This document shows, piece after piece, positions 42,886 to 52,247 of a DNA stretch of 64,000 nt; the stretch's first letter is position 1, and each line of letters starts with the position of its first letter. The DNA comes from Candidatus Bathyarchaeota archaeon (GTDB lineage Archaea; Thermoproteota; Bathyarchaeia; Bathyarchaeales; Bathycorpusculaceae). A program made the translations under genes and the position numbers. The notes beneath the pieces were generated by a model. The model ran no database searches. It had not been told where the DNA came from and was given only the letters and a program-made list of their open reading frames with translations. The stretch is from the NCBI GenBank assembly GCA_963717465.1, contig OY970340.1, positions 960,001 through 1,024,000 of the forward strand, in the 5' to 3' direction.

Positions 42886-44072
42886 TAGTAGAAGCCTCTG
42901 CCAGCTTTTTTGCCAATCCATCCTTTATTGACATACTCTTCCAGCAGCGGGCAAGGGTTATATGTTTCCATTTTATGTTCAGCGTAAGCACGCTTCAGTT
43001 TCATCAATACGACATCTAAGCCTATTTTATCGGCGTATTCGCATGGTCCCGTTGGCCAATGAATGCCTAGCTTCATTCCTAAGTCGATTGTTTGGGGGTT
43101 TGCAGCGCCGTCATAGATGAGCCAGGCAGCTTCATTCACAGCTACTGCCCAGGATCGTTCGACGTCGTATTCGTTTTTTGGGCTTGATGGTATTTCGGGT
43201 TTACCTTTTGACCAGTCATAAAAGCCTGAGCCCTTTTTGCATCCAAACTTGCCTTGTTTCACAAGCGGTTCGATAACTTCATTGCATGGTTTAAACCGTT
43301 CACCATAAGCTTTGTACAGGGTTTTAGCTACTTCGTAAACTACGTCTAAACCCGCAAAGTCTGAAAGCTCAAACCAGCCCATGGGGAAATGGCCCGTGTA
43401 CTTTAATGAAGCGTCTATGCCCTCCTTTGAAGCTTCGCCCCGATGGAATGTCCAGAATGCCTCATTAAACTCTGCTATTATGATGCGGTTTACGATGAAT
43501 CCTCTTACATCCTTTTGGACTACGATGGGCGTTTTTCCAATTTTTTTAGAAAAAAAAGTTGCGGTGTCGATTGTTTCTTGACTGGTATTTTCTCCTTTGA
43601 TTACTTCTACAAGCTCCATTTGCTGAGGCGGATTAAAAAAGTGCATCCCAACAATCTTGTCGGGGCGTTTTGTGACTTTGCCCATTTCTGTTATGCTTAA
43701 AGCTGAAGTGCCAGACGCAAAAATGGCATGTGAAGGCACAAGGGAATCAAGTTTAGAGAACACTTGACATTTTAAATCAAAGTTTTCGGGAACAGCTTCA
43801 AAAACAAAATCAGCATCTTTAGCTTCACCATAACTTGTTGTAGCATGTATTCGAGCCATGGTTTGGTCTGCATCTTCTTTGCTGATTCGGCTTTTTGCAA
43901 CGAACTTGTCAAGACTCCACTTGATTTTCTCTATTCCTTTTCGAAGAGATTCTTCGTGGCGACCTATCATAACAACTTGGAATCCTGCCATAGCTGCAAG
44001 TTGAGCTATGCTGTGGCCGATGACTCCTGAGCCGATAACCGCGATTTTTTCAAGTTTTGAAGCTTTTCCCAA
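42885..44072 (-). CDS. 3-hydroxyacyl-CoA dehydrogenase (duplicated C-domain)
   Basis: VIGSGVIGHSIA, EAVPE, GMHFFNP, GFIVNRI, GKKAGRGFY. Confidence 0.93.
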   Translation of the reverse strand: MGKASKLEKIAVIGSGVIGHSIAQLAAMAGFQVVMIGRHEESLRKGIEKIKWSLDKFVAKSRISKEDADQTMARIHATTSYGEAKDADFVFEAVPENFDLKCQVFSKLDSLVPSHAIFASGTSALSITEMGKVTKRPDKIVGMHFFNPPQQMELVEVIKGENTSQETIDTATFFSKKIGKTPIVVQKDVRGFIVNRIIIAEFNEAFWTFHRGEASKEGIDASLKYTGHFPMGWFELSDFAGLDVVYEVAKTLYKAYGERFKPCNEVIEPLVKQGKFGCKKGSGFYDWSKGKPEIPSSPKNEYDVERSWAVAVNEAAWLIYDGAANPQTIDLGMKLGIHWPTGPCEYADKIGLDVVLMKLKRAYAEHKMETYNPCPLLEEYVNKGWIGKKAGRGFY

Positions 44073-44155
44073 ATGATTTTTGCACCGTAGAAATGGGGTT
44101 AAGAACAAATCTGCTAATTAAGCTTTTGAAAAACTAAACCTGAAAAAAGAAAACG

Positions 44156-44596
44156 CTATTTTAAAGGTACGAATTCGTATGTTGGGTTTCCTTCAGGTGA
44201 AACCTTTGCTACAAGTTTAGCTTTCATGCCAATTTTTACTTGTGAGGGCTTAAACCCGCTTAGCCAAGCTAAGACTTTAACTCCTTCTTTTAGGCGTCCA
44301 ATGGCGACAACGTAAGGTTCATGGTTTGAGAAAGTTAACGGTCTAACCATGACATGCGTGAAAGTTTCTATTTCTGCTTCACTTGAAAGAGGCACCCATT
44401 GAACTTCAGAAGAGAGGCACTCTCCGCAGTCGGCAACGGGCGGAAAATAAATTTTGCCACATTTTGCACATTTGGTTGCGTAGACTTTTCCTTCTTTCAG
44501 ATAATCCCAAAACTTCTGTGTCTTGGCAATTGGCACATCTTGAACATTCTTTATTTCATGAGTTTTAATGGTGGGAACATTTGTCGTATTTGTCAC
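44156..44596 (-). CDS. DUF35 Zn-ribbon/OB-fold thiolase partner
   Basis: CAKCG..YFPP..DCGEC, ETFT, PYVVA. Confidence 0.9.
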   Translation of the reverse strand: MTNTTNVPTIKTHEIKNVQDVPIAKTQKFWDYLKEGKVYATKCAKCGKIYFPPVADCGECLSSEVQWVPLSSEAEIETFTHVMVRPLTFSNHEPYVVAIGRLKEGVKVLAWLSGFKPSQVKIGMKAKLVAKVSPEGNPTYEFVPLK

Positions 44597-45768
44597 CTTC
44601 TAAGAATAGTTACGTAGCAGTAGTGTCCAGTTCCACCAGTATTATGAGCGAGACCAATGTAATTTTTCATTGGAGCTTGTCGTCCATTTTCCTTAACCTC
44701 TTCTCGGAGTTGTTTTGTTAACTCGTAAATCATTGAGCATCCCGTGGCGCCTATTGGATGTCCCTTCGCTTTTAAGCCACCGTCAACGTTCACTGGAATT
44801 TTTCCGCCAATCTCGGTTTGTCCTTCTCGAATTAGTTTGGCGCCTTCGCCTTTAGGGCATAAGCCTACGTCCTCGTAAGCTAATATTTCAGCAATCGTAA
44901 AGCAGTCATGGACATCTGCAACATCAACCTGTTTGGGCTTGATTTTTGCCATTTCGAACGCTTTTTGGGACGCTAAAACGCTTGCTTCTAACCCTAAATA
45001 ATCGGTTCTTTTGCTTAAATTCGCTGTTCCACCAGCATAACCAATGCCAGCAACCCAAACCGGCGTGTCAACACCCAACTGTTTAGCTTTCTCCTCAGAA
45101 GCTAAAATTACGCATGAAGCGCCATCAGTCAATGGACAGCAATCAAAAAGCTTCAGCGGTGAAGCAATAACCGTTGACGATAAAACATCCTTCACTGTAA
45201 TAGCCTTTTGCAACTGCGCTTTTGGATTCATGGCTGCATATTTATGGTTTTTAACAGCGACCAAAGCCATGTCTTCTTCTGTTGTCCCGAATCGAGCCAT
45301 ATGGGCATTCGCGTGTAACGCGTAATATGCTGGAAATGTTACTCCGAAATTATGGAATTCCCAAAAATAGTTGCCTGCCCGCCCTATCCACTCCATGGCT
45401 GTTGAGGAGTCAACTTCCTTCATTTTCTCAACGCCTAACGCCGCAGTTACTTCCGCTTGTCCACTTGCAATTGCCCAATAAGCAGTTGTAAACGCGGCGC
45501 TGCCACTTGCACAGGCAGCTTCACAACGAGCAAGGCCTGCGCTGCTGCTTAGTCCGCAGTATTCTGATGCGATAACGGCGGGAAGAAGTTCCTCATGCAA
45601 TGTTCCCGCTCCCATGGACGCTAAAGCTAAGAATTCAATGGCTTTCGGGCTTACTTTTGCGTCTTCAACAGCGGGTTTAAACGCTTCAAATGTCAATTCA
45701 GCTAAGTTAACGTCGTTTCTGATGCCGAATTTTGAACTTCCAACGCCGATAACAGCAACTTTTCTCAT
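44593..45768 (-). CDS. Thiolase (acetyl-CoA acyltransferase, SCP-x type)
   Basis: EAACASG, GVEKM, HDCF, GHPIGATG, HNTGG. Confidence 0.93.
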   Translation of the reverse strand: MRKVAVIGVGSSKFGIRNDVNLAELTFEAFKPAVEDAKVSPKAIEFLALASMGAGTLHEELLPAVIASEYCGLSSSAGLARCEAACASGSAAFTTAYWAIASGQAEVTAALGVEKMKEVDSSTAMEWIGRAGNYFWEFHNFGVTFPAYYALHANAHMARFGTTEEDMALVAVKNHKYAAMNPKAQLQKAITVKDVLSSTVIASPLKLFDCCPLTDGASCVILASEEKAKQLGVDTPVWVAGIGYAGGTANLSKRTDYLGLEASVLASQKAFEMAKIKPKQVDVADVHDCFTIAEILAYEDVGLCPKGEGAKLIREGQTEIGGKIPVNVDGGLKAKGHPIGATGCSMIYELTKQLREEVKENGRQAPMKNYIGLAHNTGGTGHYCYVTILRR

Positions 45769-45816
45769 TAACTAAACACAAGTGAATCAAGATGAGTGGA
45801 AAGAGATATGTTTTAC

Positions 45817-46617
45817 TCATTTTTCTTCTTGGGCGGATTTCTTTCTTGACTTGAAGTCTTCTAAAGCTTTTTTAAATTCATCTGTTGATGTAGCCAAACC
45901 CAGCAAGCTGGCTTCCAAACGTAAACCTGCTTCTAGCGGCATTTGGCTCCCAAAGTTAACTGCTTGCTTAACATACTTCAAAGCAACAGGAGATTTTTTC
46001 GAAAAGTTTTGGGCAAACTCGGCAGTTTTTTCATGAAAAACTTTGGAATTAACCACCTGATTGACTAAGCCTATTTTCAGGGCTTCAGCAGCCATAATTC
46101 TATTTCCTATCATGACCATTTCTTTCGTTTTAGGCATGCCGACAATTCGCGCAAGTCTTTGAGCACCACCCCACCCAGGAATTAACCCAAAATTTATTTC
46201 CGGGAATCCCAATTCAGCTTTCTCTGAAGCCACGCGAAAATCGCAAGCCAAAGCCAATTCTAAGCCTCCGCCTAAAGCCAAACCATTGATTCCAGCAATC
46301 ACTGGCTTAGAGAGTTCTTCTATTTTAGCAAATGCTTTTTGCCCCATTCTAGCAAGTTCTTCTGCTTGAGCAGGGGTTATGGATGAAAACATGGTTAAGT
46401 CAACACCTGCACTGAATGCTTTGTCACCAGCCCCTGTTATGACAATGCTGCGAACATTGGTGTTTTTTTCAGCTGCATCCAAAGCCTCGCTTAGTTCTGT
46501 AATTAACGCTTCATTAATCGCGTTATGCTGAAGGGGCCTGTTAAGAATTATCCACAAAGCATTCTGATCTTTTTCAGTTTTTATGTTTTCATACTTTGGG
46601 TTCAATAAATATCCCAT
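45817..46617 (-). CDS. Enoyl-CoA hydratase
   Basis: LNRP..NA, AFSAGVD, GGGLELALACD, PEINFGLIPGWGG. Confidence 0.93.
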   Translation of the reverse strand: MGYLLNPKYENIKTEKDQNALWIILNRPLQHNAINEALITELSEALDAAEKNTNVRSIVITGAGDKAFSAGVDLTMFSSITPAQAEELARMGQKAFAKIEELSKPVIAGINGLALGGGLELALACDFRVASEKAELGFPEINFGLIPGWGGAQRLARIVGMPKTKEMVMIGNRIMAAEALKIGLVNQVVNSKVFHEKTAEFAQNFSKKSPVALKYVKQAVNFGSQMPLEAGLRLEASLLGLATSTDEFKKALEDFKSRKKSAQEEK

Positions 46618-46789
46618 TGCTTTATAGATTCATGGAAAATATATTCTTTCTTTTCTTTAACAAACAAAACACAATCAAGTCATGCAACCGGGTCCATGGG
46701 ATTCAATAAAGTATTTGGATCTTAAGAAGGCGCGCATGCTAACCACGCGCCGCGCTTAATGCCTTCGTATCTACTTTTTTGGGCAACTT

Positions 46790-46936
46790 TTAAGAATTTA
46801 ATGCCGGCTTACTTATAGTTTGGTTCTGCTCAATAGTGAGCCCTTTTGGTTGTCCTACAACATAGAGCACCCATCCGCATACCCAAACAATGCAAATTAA
46901 TGGAATCAACAAAATTTTTAGCCATCCCTTAACCAT
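46790..46936 (-). CDS. Small single-TM protein, one homopolymer frameshift
   Basis: MVKGWLKI/LLIPLICIVWVCGWVLYVVGQPK...; GGGAGAG upstream; not in the ORF track. Confidence 0.45.
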   Translation of the reverse strand: MVKGWLKILLIPLICIVWVCGWVLYVVGQPKGLTIEQNQTISKPALNS

Positions 46937-47235
46937 AATCTCTCCCTGCAAGCGTACTATCGGCTAATATTAAAAAGGTTTGTTGCAAAGGCTATTTCAC
47001 TGATTAGCAAATCTTACAAAACAAGGCATGTAGTACTCTTGAAGTGAATTATTCAGGTACATTTTTATTTGCTTAGACAGTACCGTCTCGATTTTTGTCG
47101 GCTTATTGAAGCTAATCATGAACACGTATGTTAGCGGCGAATATGGTTATAGCGAAAAAAAGAATTCCTTAAACCTTAGGGCCATAAACTTTAGGTAGCT
47201 GTTGCACTTTAGGTAAGTTTAGGAGGATATTGTTT

Positions 47236-47883
47236 ATGTCTGCAAACTTGGAATGTAATAAAATCATCGATCAAGTAATTGAGTCCAGAAGGTCTATAAG
47301 AAAATTTAAGACTGAATCTCCCCCGAGAGAGCTTATTGAGAAAGTTTTGCAGGCGGGTCTTTGGGCACCTTACGCTAGTGCCGCAGTGACACGTGAAGAC
47401 TATCGACGGTTTACTGTTATTCCAAGAGAAAGCAAAGCCACAGCTCAAGTGGCTCAAATCCTGAAGCGGCATATGCAATCTTTTGTCAAACAGCTAGAAT
47501 CTAAAATGCTAACCGACGAATTTACAAAGCAGCATGCAGGACCTTTTGTGAGTCGGCTTAAAATGATGGGTGAACATGGCATGCCCCAGATTGGAACAGC
47601 CCCATATTACATTGTGATTGCTGAGCAACGAGGAATTCCATCTTCTGAACAACAATCTCTTGCCCACTGCCTTCAAAACATGTGGCTAAAAGCTACAGCT
47701 TTGGGGCTTGGAATGCAGTTGATTTCGCTCACTGAACAGTTGGCTAATGATAAAGAGTTCTGTGACCTCATAAATATCCCATTAGGCGAATATGCATTAG
47801 ACGGCTGCGTAATCGGCTACCCGGACATGAACCCGCCAGCGCCAAAAAGACCCAAATTAAACAATGTCATAACTTGGCTTTAG
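47236..47883 (+). CDS. Nitroreductase family protein
   Basis: IESRRSIRKF, WAP, LQNMWLKATALGLG, IGYP. Confidence 0.9.
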   Translation: MSANLECNKIIDQVIESRRSIRKFKTESPPRELIEKVLQAGLWAPYASAAVTREDYRRFTVIPRESKATAQVAQILKRHMQSFVKQLESKMLTDEFTKQHAGPFVSRLKMMGEHGMPQIGTAPYYIVIAEQRGIPSSEQQSLAHCLQNMWLKATALGLGMQLISLTEQLANDKEFCDLINIPLGEYALDGCVIGYPDMNPPAPKRPKLNNVITWL

Positions 47884-48138
47884 CGCGCTTTTCGAATTTG
47901 AGGGTAGATTTAAGCACTTCACTAAACTATCAAACACTAACCATTCAAATCCAGCTATTCTCTCAGTAGCTTCAAGCTACTATGTTACTATCTTTTCCCG
48001 CGTCCAAGCAAAGGGGACTAAGATGCCATTAATTCAAAAAATATCTTGACAAGATCAAATGTTTCAGAGTATTTAGGATTTGAAGCAGAAAATTTTTTTA
48101 GTTATTATCACTTAACTTCTTTTTTAAGGATGATTTTT

Positions 48139-48288
48139 ATGAGTTTAAAATTAAAAGTGGATGAAAAAGAAGTACCTCTCAACGAATTCGTAGCTAAAAT
48201 TCTTCAGGGAACAATTATGGGTGCCGTAACATCTCTGCATGGAATAAACGATGACTGGAAGAAAATACAGATAGAAATCAAAAAATAG
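48139..48288 (+). CDS. Small protein resembling a MobB C-terminal domain
   Basis: LKVDEKEVPLNEFVAKIL..TIMGAVTSLHG. Confidence 0.55.
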   Translation: MSLKLKVDEKEVPLNEFVAKILQGTIMGAVTSLHGINDDWKKIQIEIKK

Positions 48289-48294
48289 ACTGGG

Positions 48295-48864
48295 TTATCC
48301 GTTGAATTCTACCTGGTTTTTTATTTCTGCAAACATTTCTTTTTTAGCTTTGCATATTGGGCAAACGTACGGTGGATCTTCCCTGAAAGCAACGTAGCCG
48401 CATTGCTTGCAATACCAAAGTTTCTTTTTTACTTCAGAAGTTTCTTTAGGTTTTGCTGACGGAGTTAGTGCCTCGACTGTTTTTTCTTGTGTTTCAGCTT
48501 TTGCTCCTTTTTGAGGAGTTGAACTTGTGTATGCTCTTGTTTGTTTGTCTTTTGGTCTGCGTTCAGGTACTTCGGGCAATTTTTTGCTTTCGTACACTGC
48601 TTTGTTAACGTAAAGTCTGCAGTAGCATGCTCCGTACTCTGCCACGTCTGGGTCTCTATAATCGCAGGGGCAGATTATGTCTCTGTCAAACTCGAATTTG
48701 CCAGAAGTAAGCCTGCAAGGGCACAGTGGATAACCGTAGCGTTCTTCGTTTGCTTTTAGTCCTTCAAGAAAAGCTTGTAGAAGTTCTGGGTCAGGAGTTA
48801 AATAGTAACCATAAGTCTTAGCGTCAGCTTCTGCACGCTGACGAACTTTCTCTATCGGTATCAT
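48295..48864 (-). CDS. Ferredoxin:disulfide reductase (FTR catalytic domain + rubredoxin-like domain)
   Basis: CPCR, CPC, CYC; C-terminal CKQCG..CPIC. Confidence 0.9.
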   Translation of the reverse strand: MIPIEKVRQRAEADAKTYGYYLTPDPELLQAFLEGLKANEERYGYPLCPCRLTSGKFEFDRDIICPCDYRDPDVAEYGACYCRLYVNKAVYESKKLPEVPERRPKDKQTRAYTSSTPQKGAKAETQEKTVEALTPSAKPKETSEVKKKLWYCKQCGYVAFREDPPYVCPICKAKKEMFAEIKNQVEFNG

Positions 48865-49145
48865 AGTTTCAACACTTCTTTTAGTTCGTCTTTTCTAAAA
48901 CCAGAGATAACATCTTTATCGTCAATAATTACGGTTGGGAAACCCACGTTTCCCGTCCTGTCATAAATTAGATTTTTTACTTTATCTTTGTCTTCCTCTT
49001 CAAGCAGATCCACGTCTAAATATTCATACGCAACACTGTTATCTTTCAAAAACTGCTTTGTTAATTTGCACCAAACACAAGTGCTCAAAGCGTAAAGAAT
49101 GACCTTATGATTATTTTTTTCACCAGAAACCTTTGAGAATTTCAT
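48861..49145 (-). CDS. Glutaredoxin-like protein (methanoredoxin-type CVWC)
   Basis: LSTCVWCK, GFPTVII..GF. Confidence 0.85.
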   Translation of the reverse strand: MKFSKVSGEKNNHKVILYALSTCVWCKLTKQFLKDNSVAYEYLDVDLLEEEDKDKVKNLIYDRTGNVGFPTVIIDDKDVISGFRKDELKEVLKL

Positions 49146-49231
49146 AAATCTCACTAATCTAGCATGATTTACGGGAAATATAACTGTTTAGCTAAACTTG
49201 CCTGCAAGTTGACCACACAAGCGATTGCCTG

Positions 49232-50608
49232 TTAAGCGGGCCTAAGGTTTCCAAAGGCGTTTTGCACTACTTCTGATAGGGCTGGATGGATATGCATTCC
49301 GTTAGCGATAGGCGCAAAGGTTCCTGGCTCAGTTGCCATCGCATTGACAATTTCTTGAATAAGAATCGCGGCTTCAGGTCCAATAATATGCGCTCCTAAG
49401 ATCTTTCCTGTTTGCTTTTCCACGATAACTTTGACGAATCCATCTGGTTCACCCATTGCTGCACCCATAGCTGTGTCACGATAAAGTCCCTTGCCAACCA
49501 ATATTTGGTGACCTTGCTTTTTTGCTTCTGCCTCTTTTAATCCAACAGAAGCAATTTGTGGATACGTAAAAGCTGCATGTGGAGTAGCGGAGAAATCCAT
49601 CTTTGCTTTATGATCGTGAACAGCGTTGTGCCAAGCGATGCCGGCTTCGTAGTTAGCGACATGTTTGAACATTTCTTTGCCGATTGCATCTCCTAAAGCC
49701 CAAATATTCTTCTTACTTGTTTCAAGATAATCGTCAACTTTTATGTAGCCTCTCTCATCCAGTTTAACGCCTGTCCTTTCAGGCTTCAAAATATTAGCGT
49801 TGGAAACCCTGCCTGCAGCAATCATTACTGCTTCAGTAGTGAATTCTTTTATGCTGCCGTCCAACCTGTTTTTGGCGATGACGGTTTTCTCTAAATTGTT
49901 CTGTTTAATCTCTGACACTTCAAGATCCGTGTATATATCCATCTTTTTTGCCATCTCCAACTTGAGTAGGTCTGAGATTTCTGTTTCTTCGTCAGGAAGT
50001 ATTCTTGAAGCTCGTTGAATGATGGTTGTTTTTACGCCTAGTCCTGAGAAAAAGTGGCCGTATTCGACGCCGATGTAGCCTCCACCTACGATAAGGATGC
50101 TCTTAGGAAGTGTTTCTAGCTCTAAGACTGTGTCGCTTGTTAAGTAATTGATATTTTCGATGCCTTTTATCGGAGGCCCCAAGTTTCTTGCTCCTGAAAC
50201 AACAAAAATTTTCTTCGCCGTGATGGACTCTTTGCCTACTTGCATCGTGTAATCGGATGTAAATTCGCCTGTTTCCTTGAACCATTTAAGCCCGGTGGTT
50301 GCTTCGACTGATTTAGCTTGGCTGTTTGAGTCACCGTTTACGAGCGTGTGCATTCTTGTCATGATATTTTTAAAATCAACGGTGTTTACAGTTGCTTGTA
50401 CTCCTATTTTCTGGGCATCCTTAATTTGGGCAGTGACATCTGCCGGATGAATCAGCATTTTTGACGGGACACATCCACGGTTAATGCAGGTTCCGCCCAT
50501 TCGATTATTTTCAACGAGTGCTGTTTTCAAGCCTTGTCCTACTGCTTCGGAAGCAATTAGCATTCCTGAGCCGGAGCCGATGACGATTACATCGAATTTT
50601 TCTACCAT
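49232..50608 (-). CDS. Pyridine nucleotide-disulfide oxidoreductase (dihydrolipoamide dehydrogenase-like)
   Basis: IGSGSG, GGTCINRGCVPSK, GGGYIGVE, HIHPALSE. Confidence 0.88.
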   Translation of the reverse strand: MVEKFDVIVIGSGSGMLIASEAVGQGLKTALVENNRMGGTCINRGCVPSKMLIHPADVTAQIKDAQKIGVQATVNTVDFKNIMTRMHTLVNGDSNSQAKSVEATTGLKWFKETGEFTSDYTMQVGKESITAKKIFVVSGARNLGPPIKGIENINYLTSDTVLELETLPKSILIVGGGYIGVEYGHFFSGLGVKTTIIQRASRILPDEETEISDLLKLEMAKKMDIYTDLEVSEIKQNNLEKTVIAKNRLDGSIKEFTTEAVMIAAGRVSNANILKPERTGVKLDERGYIKVDDYLETSKKNIWALGDAIGKEMFKHVANYEAGIAWHNAVHDHKAKMDFSATPHAAFTYPQIASVGLKEAEAKKQGHQILVGKGLYRDTAMGAAMGEPDGFVKVIVEKQTGKILGAHIIGPEAAILIQEIVNAMATEPGTFAPIANGMHIHPALSEVVQNAFGNLRPA

Positions 50609-50793
50609 AAATATCATAAAAAATAAGAAGGATTCGGCAAATAAACTTTTCAAAAGTGATTGCGGGAAAATTTTTTATGCAACTTGCTGCTAACTTCAAT
50701 TTGGTGTAATTGTGTCAAAACCAAAAAAAGCAGCGGAAGAAGAAAAGAAGAAACAAGCCTATTACATTAAAAAAGAGAAAAAAGCCAAAGAAG

Positions 50794-51573
50794 TCAAGAA
50801 GAAGTAGCTTGCTCATCCAAAAATTTTGGAAGGCATCTTTCATCACTGATAGGGTCAAAACCTTCGAGTTCATTGATTGTCAGCGGTAACACGATTCGAG
50901 AGACTAAACCATTAAGGCTAAAAGGCAACCGAATCAAACGCATTTCCCCAGTAGTCACCCACTCGTCGATTTGAAAACCCTTACTTTTTATTTCTTTAGC
51001 AATTTCTTGTCTCCGCCCAGGACTGAGCTTATACGCTTCAGGGCTTAGAACGTGAATGTGAAAACCTCTCCCAGAATAAACTATTCTTAAACTTGAAAAT
51101 CTATCCTGCAAGTATTCGTATAATCGTGTTGTTTCTTGTTTAACCAAGTCTAATTCAATTTTGCAGAAACTTAACCCTTGCTTTCGCGCCATCTTATCAG
51201 CTAACGTACCATGAATTGGGCAGGTAATGTTTTCTGGGTCAAGGTCGAAAGCTAATTCTTGACCAACCTTAATCTTGTTTTCGTAAACGTTTCGGTCGTA
51301 ATATACTGCCTCAGGCAAGAAATCGATTATTTGTTGACGAACATCTTTCAGGTCAGAGTATTCGTCGATGATTATTGTGGTGTCCGAGTCTTTTTTGTAT
51401 TTTTCTTGGAAAATTCGTGTATGTCTGCCCATTATGACTGCAAAATTGATTTTTCCAGGCCAATCTTTAATCCACTGAGCAACTTTGTCAAGCTTAAATT
51501 CTGAGGCATAAAATTTTTCTCTTTCTTTAAGTGTTGAGTAACGTAAGCCTGGAGGTAATTCGTATTTGGTCAT
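50794..51573 (-). CDS. Archaeo-eukaryotic primase (PriS-like) domain protein
   Basis: ELAFDLD, YSGRGFHIH, RLIRLPFSLN. Confidence 0.82.
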   Translation of the reverse strand: MTKYELPPGLRYSTLKEREKFYASEFKLDKVAQWIKDWPGKINFAVIMGRHTRIFQEKYKKDSDTTIIIDEYSDLKDVRQQIIDFLPEAVYYDRNVYENKIKVGQELAFDLDPENITCPIHGTLADKMARKQGLSFCKIELDLVKQETTRLYEYLQDRFSSLRIVYSGRGFHIHVLSPEAYKLSPGRRQEIAKEIKSKGFQIDEWVTTGEMRLIRLPFSLNGLVSRIVLPLTINELEGFDPISDERCLPKFLDEQATSS

Positions 51574-51676
51574 TTCACTACCATTATTAAGGTGCTTGCA
51601 CTGGCTCAAAATGTTTTGCGGAATCAGGTTTCTTAAAAAGCTATATTAATCATTTTAACTGATTTTATTGTGGTGA

Positions 51677-51997
<321 letters not shown>

Positions 51998-52247
51998 AAT
52001 ATCTAAAAATTTTTTTCCCTTTCTATTTTTCCAGAACATTTTTCGGCATCTTAATCATTAAAAAGCAGAATTTTTGTTTTTGGGCAAAGCCAACTTAGAT
52101 GCAACTTTCAGTAAGTTAAAATTTTCTCAGCACTTCTTTTTTTAAAAAAAGAAATTAGGATTTAGACACTTAGTGGCGGCTAGTGTTTGCTCTTGATTTA
52201 TTATTTTTTTTCAAGTGTTTGTTCAAACACTTAAGCCCAAAAGTCAC

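Noticed and set aside
46680..46770. Possible tRNA or tRNA remnant
   Set aside because: Could not build a cloverleaf; no TTCRA T-loop or acceptor stem found.
52164..52232. Two related hairpins including aagtgtttg-tt-caaacactt
   Set aside because: Lie between convergent genes next to T-tracts; an ordinary terminator region is sufficient.
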